DNA of 64,000 nt from Marinobacter sp. (GTDB lineage: Bacteria > Pseudomonadota > Gammaproteobacteria > Pseudomonadales > Oleiphilaceae): the NCBI GenBank assembly GCA_014762755.1, contig JABURI010000152.1:592-64591 (forward strand), in the 5' to 3' direction. A program made the position numbers and the translations under genes. Positions 1 to 13,009 of the stretch are shown here, piece by piece; position 1 is the stretch's first letter; the number at the start of each line of letters is the position of its first letter. The notes beneath the pieces are model-generated. The model saw nothing but the letters and a program-made list of their open reading frames with translations, ran no database searches and was not told where the DNA came from.

Positions 1-2
1 GC

Positions 3-245
3 ATCACGACTTTCAACAAGGCGGAGAACGTGCGGGACATCGTTCGCATGGCGCCCATCGAGCAGATCCTGCTGGAAACCGATGCGCCGTTCCTGACGCC
101 AGTACCCTACCGGGGCCGGGAAAATGCACCGTTCTACCTGCCCTTCGTGGCCGAGAAGATTGCTGAGGTCAAGGACTTGCCGCTGGATCAGGTTCTGGCG
201 CAAACCTACACCAACAGCCTCAGGACCTTCTTCCCCGAACGATGA
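3..245 (+). CDS. TatD-family DNase, C-terminal part (begins upstream of window)
   Basis: Frame is open from base 3: ITTFNKAENVR...ILLETDAPFLTPVPYRGRENAP, the typical TatD ETDAPxL / RGxxNxP end. Confidence 0.9.
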   Translation: MTTFNKAENVRDIVRMAPIEQILLETDAPFLTPVPYRGRENAPFYLPFVAEKIAEVKDLPLDQVLAQTYTNSLRTFFPER

Positions 246-1855
246 CCGCAACCGTCTTCCAGATCCTCGGTGGCCTGGCCCTGTTTCTGCTGGCCATGGA
301 GATGATGACCGATGGTCTGAAGAATGCCGCCGGACGCCATCTCCGACATCTGCTCGGAAGTTGGACCCGGACGCCCCTCCGGGGTCTGGCGGCGGGGTTC
401 CTGATCACTGGCATTGTGCAGTCCTCCGGTGCGGTCACCGTCGCCACCATCGGCTTCGTGAACGCCGGTCTGCTCGGGCTCTCCCAGTCCCTTGGGGTCA
501 TCTTCGGCTCGAATATCGGCACCACCATGACCGCCTGGCTGGTGAGTCTGGTGGGCTTTGGTTTCAATATCGAAGCCTTTGCGCTGCCCCTGCTGGTCCT
601 CGGCATGGCGCTCAAACTGGCCACCAATAACACCCGGAGTGAAGCACTGGGCCAGGCCCTGGCCGGCTTCGCCCTGTTCTTCCTGGGTCTGTCGATCCTG
701 AAAACGTCACTGGAATCGCTCACGGCGGGCATCGACAGCCAGACCCTGATCGACACCGGCTACGGATTGCCGATGTTCATTCTGATCGGTTTCCTGGCTA
801 CCGTGCTGACCCAGTCTTCAAGCGCCGCACTGGCCATTGTCCTCACTGCGGCCGCCGGCGGCCTGATCCCGTTGCACAGCGCCGCTGCGGCCGTGATCGG
901 GGCCAACCTGGGCTCCACCTCCACCGCGGCCCTGTCCGCCATCAAGGCCACGGCCAATGCCCGGCGCCTCGCCATTGGCCATATTCTGTTCAATGCCGCG
1001 ACGGGTGTCATTGCCCTACTCATTCTGCCGATCATGCTCTGGATCGTGGCGCTGATGGCCCGCTGGCTCGAACTGGATGCCAATATCGCGGTGTCGCTGG
1101 CCCTGTTCCACACTCTGTTCAATGTCCTCGGGGCAGTACTGATGCTGCCGTTCACACCCTATTTTGCCCGCTTTCTGGGGCGACTGTTCCGTAGCAAGGA
1201 AGAGGACAACGCAGAGCCCCGGCACCTGGACAACACCCTGGTGGCCACGCCGGAATTGGCCATTGCTGCCGTGGATGAGGAAATGAAACGACTGATGGGG
1301 CTGACCCGGGGTCTGCTCAGGGTCTGTCTTGACCGGGAAGATCTCAGGCCGGCCCAGATCCAGCCCAAAGCGGCTGCCTGCCAGAGCCTGAACACCGCTA
1401 TCGTGGACTATATCTCCCGGGTCAAGGCGGAAAAGATGCACCCCTCAGCCGTCGATGCGCTCACTCTCGGTATCCGTACCTGTCGGTACCTGACGGAGGC
1501 CACCGATCTTGCCGCGGAACTCCTGAAGCTCAAAGAGGCACGGCGCGCGCCCGAGATGGCGCGACTTGCGGCCCGGATGGAGCAATACATCGAGACCCTC
1601 AGAAACCTGGTGGCAGCAGACGAGCCTCAACCGGTCATGTTCCAGCAATCCGACACCCTGTATCACAAACTCAAATCGGAAATGCTGGCCATGATTGTCC
1701 GTCGGGAGATCGCAACCGACGTGGGCGAGCAGACACTGGATACGCTCAGTGCGATTCGCCGGCTGGCTGACCAGTGGCACAAGGCCCTGGCCTGGCAGCC
1801 CGTCGCCCGACTCATGAACGAGGATCAGGCCCCGGTGCCTGCAAACCCGCAGTAA
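242..1855 (+). CDS. Na/Pi cotransporter family protein with C-terminal PhoU-like helical region
   Basis: Two QSSG/QSSS repeats, each followed by GSNIGTT/GANLGST; many TM helices; ATGA overlap with the TatD stop. Confidence 0.9.
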   Translation: MTATVFQILGGLALFLLAMEMMTDGLKNAAGRHLRHLLGSWTRTPLRGLAAGFLITGIVQSSGAVTVATIGFVNAGLLGLSQSLGVIFGSNIGTTMTAWLVSLVGFGFNIEAFALPLLVLGMALKLATNNTRSEALGQALAGFALFFLGLSILKTSLESLTAGIDSQTLIDTGYGLPMFILIGFLATVLTQSSSAALAIVLTAAAGGLIPLHSAAAAVIGANLGSTSTAALSAIKATANARRLAIGHILFNAATGVIALLILPIMLWIVALMARWLELDANIAVSLALFHTLFNVLGAVLMLPFTPYFARFLGRLFRSKEEDNAEPRHLDNTLVATPELAIAAVDEEMKRLMGLTRGLLRVCLDREDLRPAQIQPKAAACQSLNTAIVDYISRVKAEKMHPSAVDALTLGIRTCRYLTEATDLAAELLKLKEARRAPEMARLAARMEQYIETLRNLVAADEPQPVMFQQSDTLYHKLKSEMLAMIVRREIATDVGEQTLDTLSAIRRLADQWHKALAWQPVARLMNEDQAPVPANPQ

Positions 1856-4104
1856 CGATTGCGCCCCTGTTGCTTGGCCCGATACATGGCCTGATCAGCC
1901 TGACGCAGTAGCTGATCGCCGTCCAGCTCCTGAGCCTGGGGATACAGGGTGTAACCGATACTGGCGGAAACCTGAACCAGGCTATCTGCGATCGGGACCG
2001 GCCGGGAGACTGCATGCAGCAGTCGGGCGAGCAGATTCTCCAGCACCGCCGGATCGCCGATATTAACGATGAGCGCTGCAAATTCATCACCGCCCAGGCG
2101 CGCAAGGGTGTCCTCTTCCCGCAACTCGGCCCGCATACGGCGGGCCACTTCCACCAACAGTTCGTCACCGGCCTTGTGGCCGTATGCGTCGTTAACGGGT
2201 TTGAACTGGTCCAGATCGATGTAGACCACCGCCAGCAGATCATCCTGGCGCCGGGCCTGGGCCATGACCTGGTTCATCCGGTCGGCAAAGAGAACCCGGT
2301 TGGGCAGATGGGTCAGCGCATCGTAATGCGCCATGGTGCGCAACTCTCTCTCCTGAGCCTTGAGTCGGGTGATGTCCGAGAAGATCCCCATGAAGTGGCT
2401 GATGGCACCCTGCTCGTCCCGAACGCCGCTGAGAGTCAGCGCCATGTTAAAGCGCTCTCCATCCCGACGCTTGCCAACAAATTCCCCGGACCAGAAGCCC
2501 GCCGACCTCGCACTGGAAAATACTCCGATGCCCTCTTCCAGGGGCAGCGGCGGCAAACGCCCAATCGCATCGGCACGGGCACGGCCGGTAATCTCCCGGT
2601 AAGCATCGTTGACATCGATGACCAGGCCGTGGAGATCCGTAATGAAAATGGCTTCCCGGGCATTGTCGAACACGCTGGCGGCCAGGCGCAGTCTCTGCTC
2701 GGCTTCCTTGCGCCGGGTGATGTCATACCAGGAGCATAATACGTAAGGCTGTGCGTCACCTTTCTCGTGCACCGGTGCCAGCGTCATGTCGACCCAGATT
2801 TGCGAACCGTCAGAACGAAGAAAGGCCCACTCCACCTGCGCGACTTCACCCTGACGTACCTGCCTCAGCAGCTTCTGCATCTTTTGTCGTGACACCTGAC
2901 CATCAGGCTGCAGCCCGGGCGAAAAGGTGGCGATATCCTTGCCCAGCAGCGATTGTGGACCGGAGAATCCCAGCAGCTCCACGGCCGCACGATTACCATC
3001 CACAAATTCTCCGTCCGCAAGCATCAACATGGGCTGAGGCCAACTGAGGATCAACCGCCGGAGCCGTAGCTGTTCATTCGCCAGTTCCCGCTTCTTCCTG
3101 CCGAGCCAGAACATGGCTCCGATCAACAACAACACCAGGATCACGATGGCAACCAGCCAGGCCCAGTATTGCCGGATCAGCTCCGCCCAGGTCAGAGTCG
3201 GCAACTGGTCATACGGCTCAATGCGCAGCTCACGGGCCACATACTCAACAGACTGGTAGTCGGCGGGTGGGGCGAACCCGGCGATACCCGCGCTCAATGC
3301 TGCCGGATAGTCCTCTTCAATGGCGAACAGGGCCGATGCCACCCGGCGGACAATATCACTGCCCACATGGGGCAAAGCGGCAACCGGCCATTCGGGATAC
3401 AGGCGCGTGGAGACAACATAGGGAAAACCGACCAGGTTCTGGCGATTGAGGACCCTTATCCGGTCTGCCAGCACGGGGTCCCTTTCAATCAATTCCTCGA
3501 GGATTCCGGTTCTCACGAAGCCGACCTCCGCGTCCCCGGTCAGCACTGACCGCAGGACCCGGTCATGGCTGCGCACCAGTTTGATCCGGTTGTCCCTGAA
3601 CACATCGACGCCCGCCTCTTTCAGTTCCAGTGCCTGAGCCTGGAACCCGCCGAGAAAGTGGCGCCCGGGCGAGGCGATGGTTGTGCCCTGAATATCCGCC
3701 AGACTGGTGATGTCGTCCTGGTTCGCTGTGGTGAAGATCACCCCGCCCAGACTGGCTGTGGCTACTTCGCCGTGTTTGCGCACCAGCGTAGCCAGCACGC
3801 CCGTCAAGCTGCGCTCACTCCGGATGACCATAAACCGGCTGGGGTTGGTGAGAAAGAAATCCAACTGGTTCGAGGCCAGGGCATGACTCATCTGCTCCTG
3901 CCCGAGCACCTGCAGTTGTACCGGGATTCCGATCCTGCCGGACAGGTAATCCGCCAGAGGCTGGTATCGCTCCTTTATGATGGCATCGGGGCGATAGGCA
4001 TAGACGCCAAACTTCAGCTCCTGGACACCCTGAGCCAATACACTCCCGGGAAAAGCCAGAGACAGGGCAGCAAAAGCCAGGCACCCGAGAAGCCACCTCT
4101 TCAC
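1825..4104 (-). CDS. Membrane-bound diguanylate cyclase: PhnD-like periplasmic binding domain, TM, 2 PAS, GGDEF
   Basis: Signal peptide; PBP-like region (YQPLADYLS...LYPEWP); one TM; PAS segments; YDALTHLPNR, DLDQFKPVND, RLGGDEF with RxxD (REED) upstream. Confidence 0.9.
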   Translation of the reverse strand: MKRWLLGCLAFAALSLAFPGSVLAQGVQELKFGVYAYRPDAIIKERYQPLADYLSGRIGIPVQLQVLGQEQMSHALASNQLDFFLTNPSRFMVIRSERSLTGVLATLVRKHGEVATASLGGVIFTTANQDDITSLADIQGTTIASPGRHFLGGFQAQALELKEAGVDVFRDNRIKLVRSHDRVLRSVLTGDAEVGFVRTGILEELIERDPVLADRIRVLNRQNLVGFPYVVSTRLYPEWPVAALPHVGSDIVRRVASALFAIEEDYPAALSAGIAGFAPPADYQSVEYVARELRIEPYDQLPTLTWAELIRQYWAWLVAIVILVLLLIGAMFWLGRKKRELANEQLRLRRLILSWPQPMLMLADGEFVDGNRAAVELLGFSGPQSLLGKDIATFSPGLQPDGQVSRQKMQKLLRQVRQGEVAQVEWAFLRSDGSQIWVDMTLAPVHEKGDAQPYVLCSWYDITRRKEAEQRLRLAASVFDNAREAIFITDLHGLVIDVNDAYREITGRARADAIGRLPPLPLEEGIGVFSSARSAGFWSGEFVGKRRDGERFNMALTLSGVRDEQGAISHFMGIFSDITRLKAQERELRTMAHYDALTHLPNRVLFADRMNQVMAQARRQDDLLAVVYIDLDQFKPVNDAYGHKAGDELLVEVARRMRAELREEDTLARLGGDEFAALIVNIGDPAVLENLLARLLHAVSRPVPIADSLVQVSASIGYTLYPQAQELDGDQLLRQADQAMYRAKQQGRNRYCGFAGTGA

Positions 4105-5060
4105 GCAACGCTCCTGGGCAGGAAATCACTGGTGCTGAAGCGGTCCACGAGGAGGGCGTGGGGAATCAGCCCCTCCGTTGCCAACATCTCGGACAGATCG
4201 CGGGCGACCCGCTCGATCCGGCCGTTTCTTGCCAGATAGCGCTGATTGGACGCCAGGTCCGGTAACATGACCGAGGCCAGCGCGGATCTGACGGTGGCCG
4301 GTGAGGTGCCCTGGCGGGTGGCAACCCGGTAAACGGAATCGTATGGGTTTCGGACCAGGTGACGAAGGCCGGCGAAATGCCCCTCCAGCAAAGCGCGGAC
4401 GGCGTCAGGCTCGCGGCCTGCGAATTGTCGGGTCACGACCAGCACGTCGAAAATGGTCTCGGGCAGTTGACTGCTGTCGAACAATCGCACACCACCCAGG
4501 CCCAGCAGCACCGAGGCTGTCGGCTCATAGCAGGCAACGGCATCCGCCTCGCCCCGCCGCCACGCGGCAACATGTTCATCCATGGGCAGATCAACAAGGG
4601 TGACGTCCTCCCTCGGGATGCCAGCGATCTTCAGAAGGTTCAGCAACAGCGTCCCGGAAACGCCCGACATTTCCACCCCGATCCGGCGTCCCCGTAGCTG
4701 GTCAAGGTTCTTGATGTCCGGCCTGACCACCAGCACATCGGCTCCGACCGACACATTCGTCACCCCGACCACCATTAACCTGGTACCCGCAATGTGGACC
4801 CGAATCGCCTCATCCAGGGTCAGAGCGGCACCATCAATGCCACCAGACTCCAATGACGCCATGGAGTCCAGCGCAGACGATCCCTTTTCAAGCGCCACAG
4901 CAGAGGGCAACCAGCCAAATTCCTCGGCGAGGTATATTGGCTCATAGCCAATCCAGGGATGAATCCCGAACCGGAGCGGTCGGGCGGTACCGCAACCACC
5001 GAGCCCCAGGGCGGCAAAACCGGCTGCCAGAGAAGCTCCGAGAAAGTGGCGGCGGTGCAT
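4101..5060 (-). CDS. NMT1/SsuA-like substrate-binding protein with twin-arginine signal
   Basis: MHRRHFL Tat motif followed by a possible lipobox (LGGC); PWIGYEP, SVGADVL, LRGRRIGVE, YEP motifs; 4-bp overlap with the cyclase start. Confidence 0.82.
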   Translation of the reverse strand: MHRRHFLGASLAAGFAALGLGGCGTARPLRFGIHPWIGYEPIYLAEEFGWLPSAVALEKGSSALDSMASLESGGIDGAALTLDEAIRVHIAGTRLMVVGVTNVSVGADVLVVRPDIKNLDQLRGRRIGVEMSGVSGTLLLNLLKIAGIPREDVTLVDLPMDEHVAAWRRGEADAVACYEPTASVLLGLGGVRLFDSSQLPETIFDVLVVTRQFAGREPDAVRALLEGHFAGLRHLVRNPYDSVYRVATRQGTSPATVRSALASVMLPDLASNQRYLARNGRIERVARDLSEMLATEGLIPHALLVDRFSTSDFLPRSVA

Positions 5061-5166
5061 CAGAAACTCCGGAACAAGGCGTTACGTTTTTTATATTCTT
5101 CTCGGCGATTATCTTACTGCGTGCGGTTACTGCGGTAAAACCGAATTGGCGGCGAGCGGAAAGTCG

Positions 5167-6075
5167 TTAGCCCAGGGAAAGGAACACACCCATCATAACG
5201 GGTGACAAGAACGAGAGCAGGAAGCCCGATGCGATGGCCACCGGCACACACACCAGACCACCGCTGCTGCGAATCACCGGCAGGGTAAAGTCCATCGCGG
5301 TCGCACCGCCATATCCGATCGCCATGGCTGGCCGGGAGGCAATCAGCAGGGGGATGACAGCAAGGGCAATGATTTCCCGGAGCACATCATTGAGAAAGGC
5401 CACGCCACCCCAGGCCGGGCCAAGGGCATCCCCGATGACGATGCCCGACAGGGAATACCAACCGAACCCCGACGCCAGGGCCAGCACATCGTGCCATGGC
5501 AGCCCGAGGACGGGAATCAGCAACACGCCGGCAAGCAGCGAGCTGACCATCACCGACAGTGCCATGCCCAGACCCTGCCGGTTCATCAGCAGCTTGTGCA
5601 GGGACAACCCGGCATTGCGCAACTGCAGGCCGATCAGGAACAGCAGGAGCATCAAGGCTCCAGTGGCCACCTGGTCGGTCATGGGCAGGACCGGCAACAG
5701 GAAATACCCCGCAACAAGACCGGCGACCACCGCCACCAACGGCTTCAGTCCGGCCAGGAACAGGCGCCGGTAACCAGGCCGCCCTCCGTTCTCGTCCTCC
5801 TCAACCCGCATCGGCAGCCAGCGGTGAAACAACCACAGGCCGGCCATGTTGGCGACGAACAGCACGACCACGAGGGCCGAGACCTGCACCGCCATGTTGC
5901 CCAACTGGGCCCCCAACCCCTCCATCTGGCCCAGACCCAGGCCCAGCAACGCCAGGATGAAGTACACCAGGGCCTCGACGGTGTAATGAATGACCGTCAT
6001 CACCCGGCGATTGGCCAGGGGAATGGCAAAACCGAGAAACAGCGGTGCCAGTATCAGCAGGGCTCCGGTGAGCAT
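5167..6075 (-). CDS. lysO: Lysine exporter, LysO/YbjE family
   Basis: ASGFGWYSLSG and GGATAMDFTLPVI motifs; hydrophobic throughout. Confidence 0.85.
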   Translation of the reverse strand: MLTGALLILAPLFLGFAIPLANRRVMTVIHYTVEALVYFILALLGLGLGQMEGLGAQLGNMAVQVSALVVVLFVANMAGLWLFHRWLPMRVEEDENGGRPGYRRLFLAGLKPLVAVVAGLVAGYFLLPVLPMTDQVATGALMLLLFLIGLQLRNAGLSLHKLLMNRQGLGMALSVMVSSLLAGVLLIPVLGLPWHDVLALASGFGWYSLSGIVIGDALGPAWGGVAFLNDVLREIIALAVIPLLIASRPAMAIGYGGATAMDFTLPVIRSSGGLVCVPVAIASGFLLSFLSPVMMGVFLSLG

Positions 6076-6144
6076 GGTGTCCTCAGGCTTGAATAACGGG
6101 GTAGTGTTCCGGGCGGAACGCCGGAATGTCTGAAATCATCGGGC

Positions 6145-6462
6145 TCAGTGCAGCACGTGGCCCGAGCGGTCCTGCACCAGCACCCAGGGCGCCACGACCA
6201 CGGCCCAGAGTTCGGCATTGCGGTCATACCAGGCCCTGGCGACGTCGGGGGCCACCTCGCCTACCTGGCCTTTCTGCATCCACTGCTCGAACTGGGCCTT
6301 GTTGTCGGCGGTGAGCTCGGCAGCGACCTCCAGTAAATCCAGCTCCGGTGCCACACGGACAACCTGACCCCGGGCATAGTAGGTCTGGAGTTCGTGCCAG
6401 TTGATTCGGGAGGTTTCGAGGTTGAGCTTGGCCTTGATGTCATCGCGGGAGGATTCAGCCAT
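6145..6462 (-). CDS. DUF2288-family protein
   Basis: AKLNLETSRINWHELQ...WAVVVAPWVLVQ. Start moved to ATG 6462 because the longer ORF only reads through the repeat element. Confidence 0.85.
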   Translation of the reverse strand: MAESSRDDIKAKLNLETSRINWHELQTYYARGQVVRVAPELDLLEVAAELTADNKAQFEQWMQKGQVGEVAPDVARAWYDRNAELWAVVVAPWVLVQDRSGHVLH

Positions 6463-6563
6463 GGGACCTTGTCTTCGTTCAACGGGTGGTTGGAAAGGGC
6501 GCCAGCTTACCTGAAATCGGGTCTTGAGGCACGGGAACGGACGATGGGCTGGTGACGGCGTTC

Positions 6564-6666
6564 GTGAAGATGGGGTCAGATCGGCTGATCTGACCCCGGG
6601 GGTGACGCCCAGGGCCGGAGATGGCCTCGGGGTCAGATGAAAGCTTTCATCTGACCCCATTTTCAC
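6564..6666. repeat. REP-like element with two GGGGTCAGA..TCTGACCCC palindromes
   Basis: 6572-6597 GGGGTCAGATCGGCTGATCTGACCCC; 6629-6658 perfect 30-bp GGGGTCAGATGAAAGCTTTCATCTGACCCC; flanked by GTGAAGAT / ATTTTCAC; same family as 13010-13188. Confidence 0.9.
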
Positions 6667-6669
6667 GCC

Positions 6670-9432
<2,763 letters not shown>

Positions 9433-9587
9433 GTGGTGCCTCCCTTGCAAAGGCTCAGCGATTTGAAGTCACCTCTAACTATTGCAGCTAATGGCAGGAC
9501 TTCAACCGATGGCCGGTGAATGTTCGGGATCATTTCCGTGAATATCAGACCAAGGTCGATGGTAAAAGTTGCAAGGCAAACCGGGGC

Positions 9588-11450
9588 TCAGGTTTGCCGC
9601 TCGCCATAGAGTTGTGCGTAGATACCTGCCCGGGCAATGAGGTCGTCGTGTCGCCCCTCCTCGATGATCCGGCCATCCTCGAACACACACGCCCGGTCCG
9701 CCTGTTTCACGGCACTGAGACGATGGGCGATGATCAGGGTGGTCCGCTGCCTGAGGAAATCCTCCAGATCCCGGTGTAACTGATATTCGGTTTCCGCATC
9801 CAGCGCCGAGGTGGCCTCATCGAGAATCACCAGCGACGGATCCGACAGCACCATGCGGGCAATGGCCAGGCGCTGGCGCTGCCCGCCGGACAAGCGGACA
9901 CCCTGCCGACCGATCACGGTATCGAGCTGCCCGGGCATGGCCGCCACCATGGTCTCAAGCTGGGCGATGCGCAACGCCTCCCACAACTCGGCATCCGGCT
10001 TGTCCCGACCAAGGGTGAGGTTCTGGCGCACGGTGTCATTGAACAGGGCCGGATGCTGTAGCACGGTTGCCACATGCTCCCGCAACCTCGGCAGCCCGAT
10101 CCGCTGCACGGGCACGTCGTTGATCAGCACCTCACCCTGCTGGGGTGTATACATACCCAGAATGACCTGCACCAGGGTGGATTTGCCACCGCCACTGGCA
10201 CCGACCACCGCCACTTTCTCGCCGGGTTCCAGATGCAGGTTGATCCCCCTCAGAACTTGGTCGTCACCGTAACCGAAATGAATGTCCCGCAGGGTCAGGC
10301 TCACCGTATGATGGCCGCGGAAAGGATCTTCCAACGCCGGATAGCGCGGTTCCTCCTTCAGTTCCAGCAAGCGGTTGATGCGCCCGAGGGCGGCGTTGGC
10401 GGCGAACCAGGCGTACTGCATGTTCAGCATTTCCTGCACCGGCGTGAGCATGAACCACAGGTACCCGAAAATGGCGAACATCATGCCGATGCTCAGGTCA
10501 CTGAGCAGGACCGTGACCATGGCGGCCGCCCGGAACACGTCGACACCGAACTGGAACAGGGCAAAGCTGGCTCGGCTGGCAGCATCACTGCGCCACTCGA
10601 ACCGGATGGCATGGTCCCGGACGATCCGTGCGCGGTCGATCAGCTGGCGCAGGTAATGCTTCTCCCTGTTCGCCGCCCGGAGCTGGTGGATGGCGTCCAG
10701 GGTTTCCGTCAGATCCCCCTGGAATTCCTCGTAGGCGCTGTTCTCCCGCCGCTTCAGCTCCTTGACCTGCTTGCCGATCAGGATGGTGGCGAAGATCACC
10801 AGCGGGTTGAACAGCAGGATCAGCAAAGCCAACTGCCAGTGAACCCAGAGCAGCACCACTGCCGTGCCCAACACCGTGAGGCTGGCCACCAGGAACCGGC
10901 TGATGGTGGTACCGAGAAACTGGTCCACGGTGTCCAGGTCGGTAATGAAATGACTGCTGATGGCCCCCGACCCGCGGGTTTCATACTCCGACATGGCCAC
11001 ACGCTGCAGGCGGCCCAGCAGCCGGGAACGCATGCGAAACACCACATCCTTGGACACCTTGGAGAATTCCCGGGACTGCAGGACATTGAAGAACAGGGCC
11101 GCAGACCGGAGCAACAAGGCCGCCAGAACCATCAGGGCGATATAGACCACCGGCTCCTGCCATCCGGAGGGCAGCATGGCATCCATGACCGGAAGCACCG
11201 GCCCTGCTTCATCCAGCAAGACTTCATCCACCAGTACCGGCAGCAGCAGAGGCACGGGCACGGCCATGACCGTGGCCAGGATCGCCAGCAGGTTGGCGCG
11301 CACCAGCCGAGGTTTGTGCTTGAGTGCCAGCAGGAAGATATCGCGCCAGCGGTAGGGCTGATGCGCCACGGCGAAATCAGCCGACGGTTGCCGTTCGTTG
11401 TGTTGCAAGACTCCTCCAGACCCGGGAAACCTGTCCTTCAATACGGACAC
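9588..11450 (-). CDS. Fused ABC exporter (permease + ATPase)
   Basis: N-terminal TM domain; GASGGGKS, LSGGQRQR, ILDEATSALD, IAHRLS. Start codon uncertain. Confidence 0.93.
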   Translation of the reverse strand: MSVLKDRFPGSGGVLQHNERQPSADFAVAHQPYRWRDIFLLALKHKPRLVRANLLAILATVMAVPVPLLLPVLVDEVLLDEAGPVLPVMDAMLPSGWQEPVVYIALMVLAALLLRSAALFFNVLQSREFSKVSKDVVFRMRSRLLGRLQRVAMSEYETRGSGAISSHFITDLDTVDQFLGTTISRFLVASLTVLGTAVVLLWVHWQLALLILLFNPLVIFATILIGKQVKELKRRENSAYEEFQGDLTETLDAIHQLRAANREKHYLRQLIDRARIVRDHAIRFEWRSDAASRASFALFQFGVDVFRAAAMVTVLLSDLSIGMMFAIFGYLWFMLTPVQEMLNMQYAWFAANAALGRINRLLELKEEPRYPALEDPFRGHHTVSLTLRDIHFGYGDDQVLRGINLHLEPGEKVAVVGASGGGKSTLVQVILGMYTPQQGEVLINDVPVQRIGLPRLREHVATVLQHPALFNDTVRQNLTLGRDKPDAELWEALRIAQLETMVAAMPGQLDTVIGRQGVRLSGGQRQRLAIARMVLSDPSLVILDEATSALDAETEYQLHRDLEDFLRQRTTLIIAHRLSAVKQADRACVFEDGRIIEEGRHDDLIARAGIYAQLYGERQT

Positions 11451-11551
11451 ACGCTGTCTTCAGTCTACCTGTTAACCAGGTAGCTGCGCGGCCCTTTCAG
11501 TTCTGTCATCATGATCCGCCTGACTCTGACGGACCAGGAACCCGACCCGCT

Positions 11552-13006
11552 GTGAAACACGACTGTCACTACCACCCCGGCGACCCAGCCAAATGGCATT
11601 GCGGCGAATGCCAGCTCCACTACTGCAGCCGCTGCATGCCCGATGCCGACACCCGCCACCGCAAAGCGCTCTGCCCCCATTGCAGCAAGGCCATGCGTTA
11701 CCTCGGCGCAGCCACCGAGGCGATCCCGTTCTGGAACCGGATCGGTGCCTTCTTCCGCTACCCGTTCCACAGCGACCCGCTGATTGTCATCGCCATCTGT
11801 ACCCTGGTCCCGGTGATCGCCCCGGCAAACCTGATCGGCATCCTGATCTGGATCGTGCTGGCGCTGGCTCTGTTCAAGTATACCTATGCGGTGATCAACC
11901 ACACCGCCGAAGGTCACCTGAAACCGCCACCGGTGGCGGTGGCCTTTACCGGCAGCGGTTTCGATATTGTGATTCTGCAATTGCTGGTCTTTGTGGTCAT
12001 GGGCGGCCTGGTGGGCGCCGCCGCCATGGTGGGCGGCCCCCTGCTGGGCATGCTGGCCATCGCCTTTGTGGTGCTGGCCCTGCCCGCCAGCATCATGGTG
12101 CTGGCCATGGAGCGCTCGGTGGGCGCGGCGGTCAACCCCATGAACCTGGCCCAGATCATCGCCCGCATCGGCACGCCCTATTTCCTGCTTTACGGCTACC
12201 TGATCCTGCTGACCCTGGCCTCCGGCGCCGCCCAGGACTTTGCACTGAACCACTTCCCCTTGTGGTTCTCCCAGCCCCTGGCCGGCTTCCTGAACAGTAC
12301 CTTCACCCTCATCCTGTTCCACATGCTGGGTTACCTGCTGTTCCAGTACCAGGAAGAACTGGGGTTCGCGGCGGATGTGCAGGATGGTGAGGCCTTTGCC
12401 CAGACCCGGAACCGCGACCGCAGTGCACGGTTCGATGCCGATATCGACATGAACCTGAAGGACGGCAATTACGATCGCGTGCAGTCCATGTTGAAGGAAG
12501 CCCTGAAGCGGGACCCGGACAATGCCCTGAGAATCGGCCAGTTGTTCAAACTGCTGATGGCCCGGCGGGATGTGCCCGAACTGCAGCGGCACCATGGCCG
12601 GATTCTCAACTGGCTGGCGAACTGCAACGACGGCGAAGCCATCGCGGAACTGGTCAGCCTTCTGCAGGCATCCGAACCCACCTTCCGACTGGAGGATCCG
12701 GAACTGAGTGTGCGCTGTGCCAGTGCCATGTACCACCGTGGTCGGTTCAAGCCGGCCCTGCGCCTGCTTCAGGATTTCCACAAGCGTTTCCCGGACAGCG
12801 ACCAGCTGGCGCCGGCGTATCTGCTGGTGGCGCAGATCCTTGCCAACGGACTGCAACAATGGGAGAAGGCCTCCGCCTTCCTGACATTCATTCAGAAAAA
12901 ATGTCCGAACCACCCGCTGCACGGGCAGATCGGCACGTATCTGGCACAGGCGGAGAGACGGGAGCCTTTGAAGGGGCCCAAAGCGAACTTTGCAGTGGCG
13001 GAGTGA
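11552..13006 (+). CDS. Membrane protein with N-terminal B-box-like Cys/His finger, DUF4013-like TM region and C-terminal TPR-like helices
   Basis: GTG 11552: CHYHP..WHCGEC..YCSRC..CPHC; about 6 TM helices; helical tail with DFHKRFPDS/APAYLL. Confidence 0.75.
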   Translation: MKHDCHYHPGDPAKWHCGECQLHYCSRCMPDADTRHRKALCPHCSKAMRYLGAATEAIPFWNRIGAFFRYPFHSDPLIVIAICTLVPVIAPANLIGILIWIVLALALFKYTYAVINHTAEGHLKPPPVAVAFTGSGFDIVILQLLVFVVMGGLVGAAAMVGGPLLGMLAIAFVVLALPASIMVLAMERSVGAAVNPMNLAQIIARIGTPYFLLYGYLILLTLASGAAQDFALNHFPLWFSQPLAGFLNSTFTLILFHMLGYLLFQYQEELGFAADVQDGEAFAQTRNRDRSARFDADIDMNLKDGNYDRVQSMLKEALKRDPDNALRIGQLFKLLMARRDVPELQRHHGRILNWLANCNDGEAIAELVSLLQASEPTFRLEDPELSVRCASAMYHRGRFKPALRLLQDFHKRFPDSDQLAPAYLLVAQILANGLQQWEKASAFLTFIQKKCPNHPLHGQIGTYLAQAERREPLKGPKANFAVAE

Positions 13007-13009
13007 AGC

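Noticed and set aside
6463-6666. N-terminal extension of the DUF2288 ORF and the similar GSEESFLLTP ORF at 13149
   Set aside because: These peptides are translations of the palindromic repeat.
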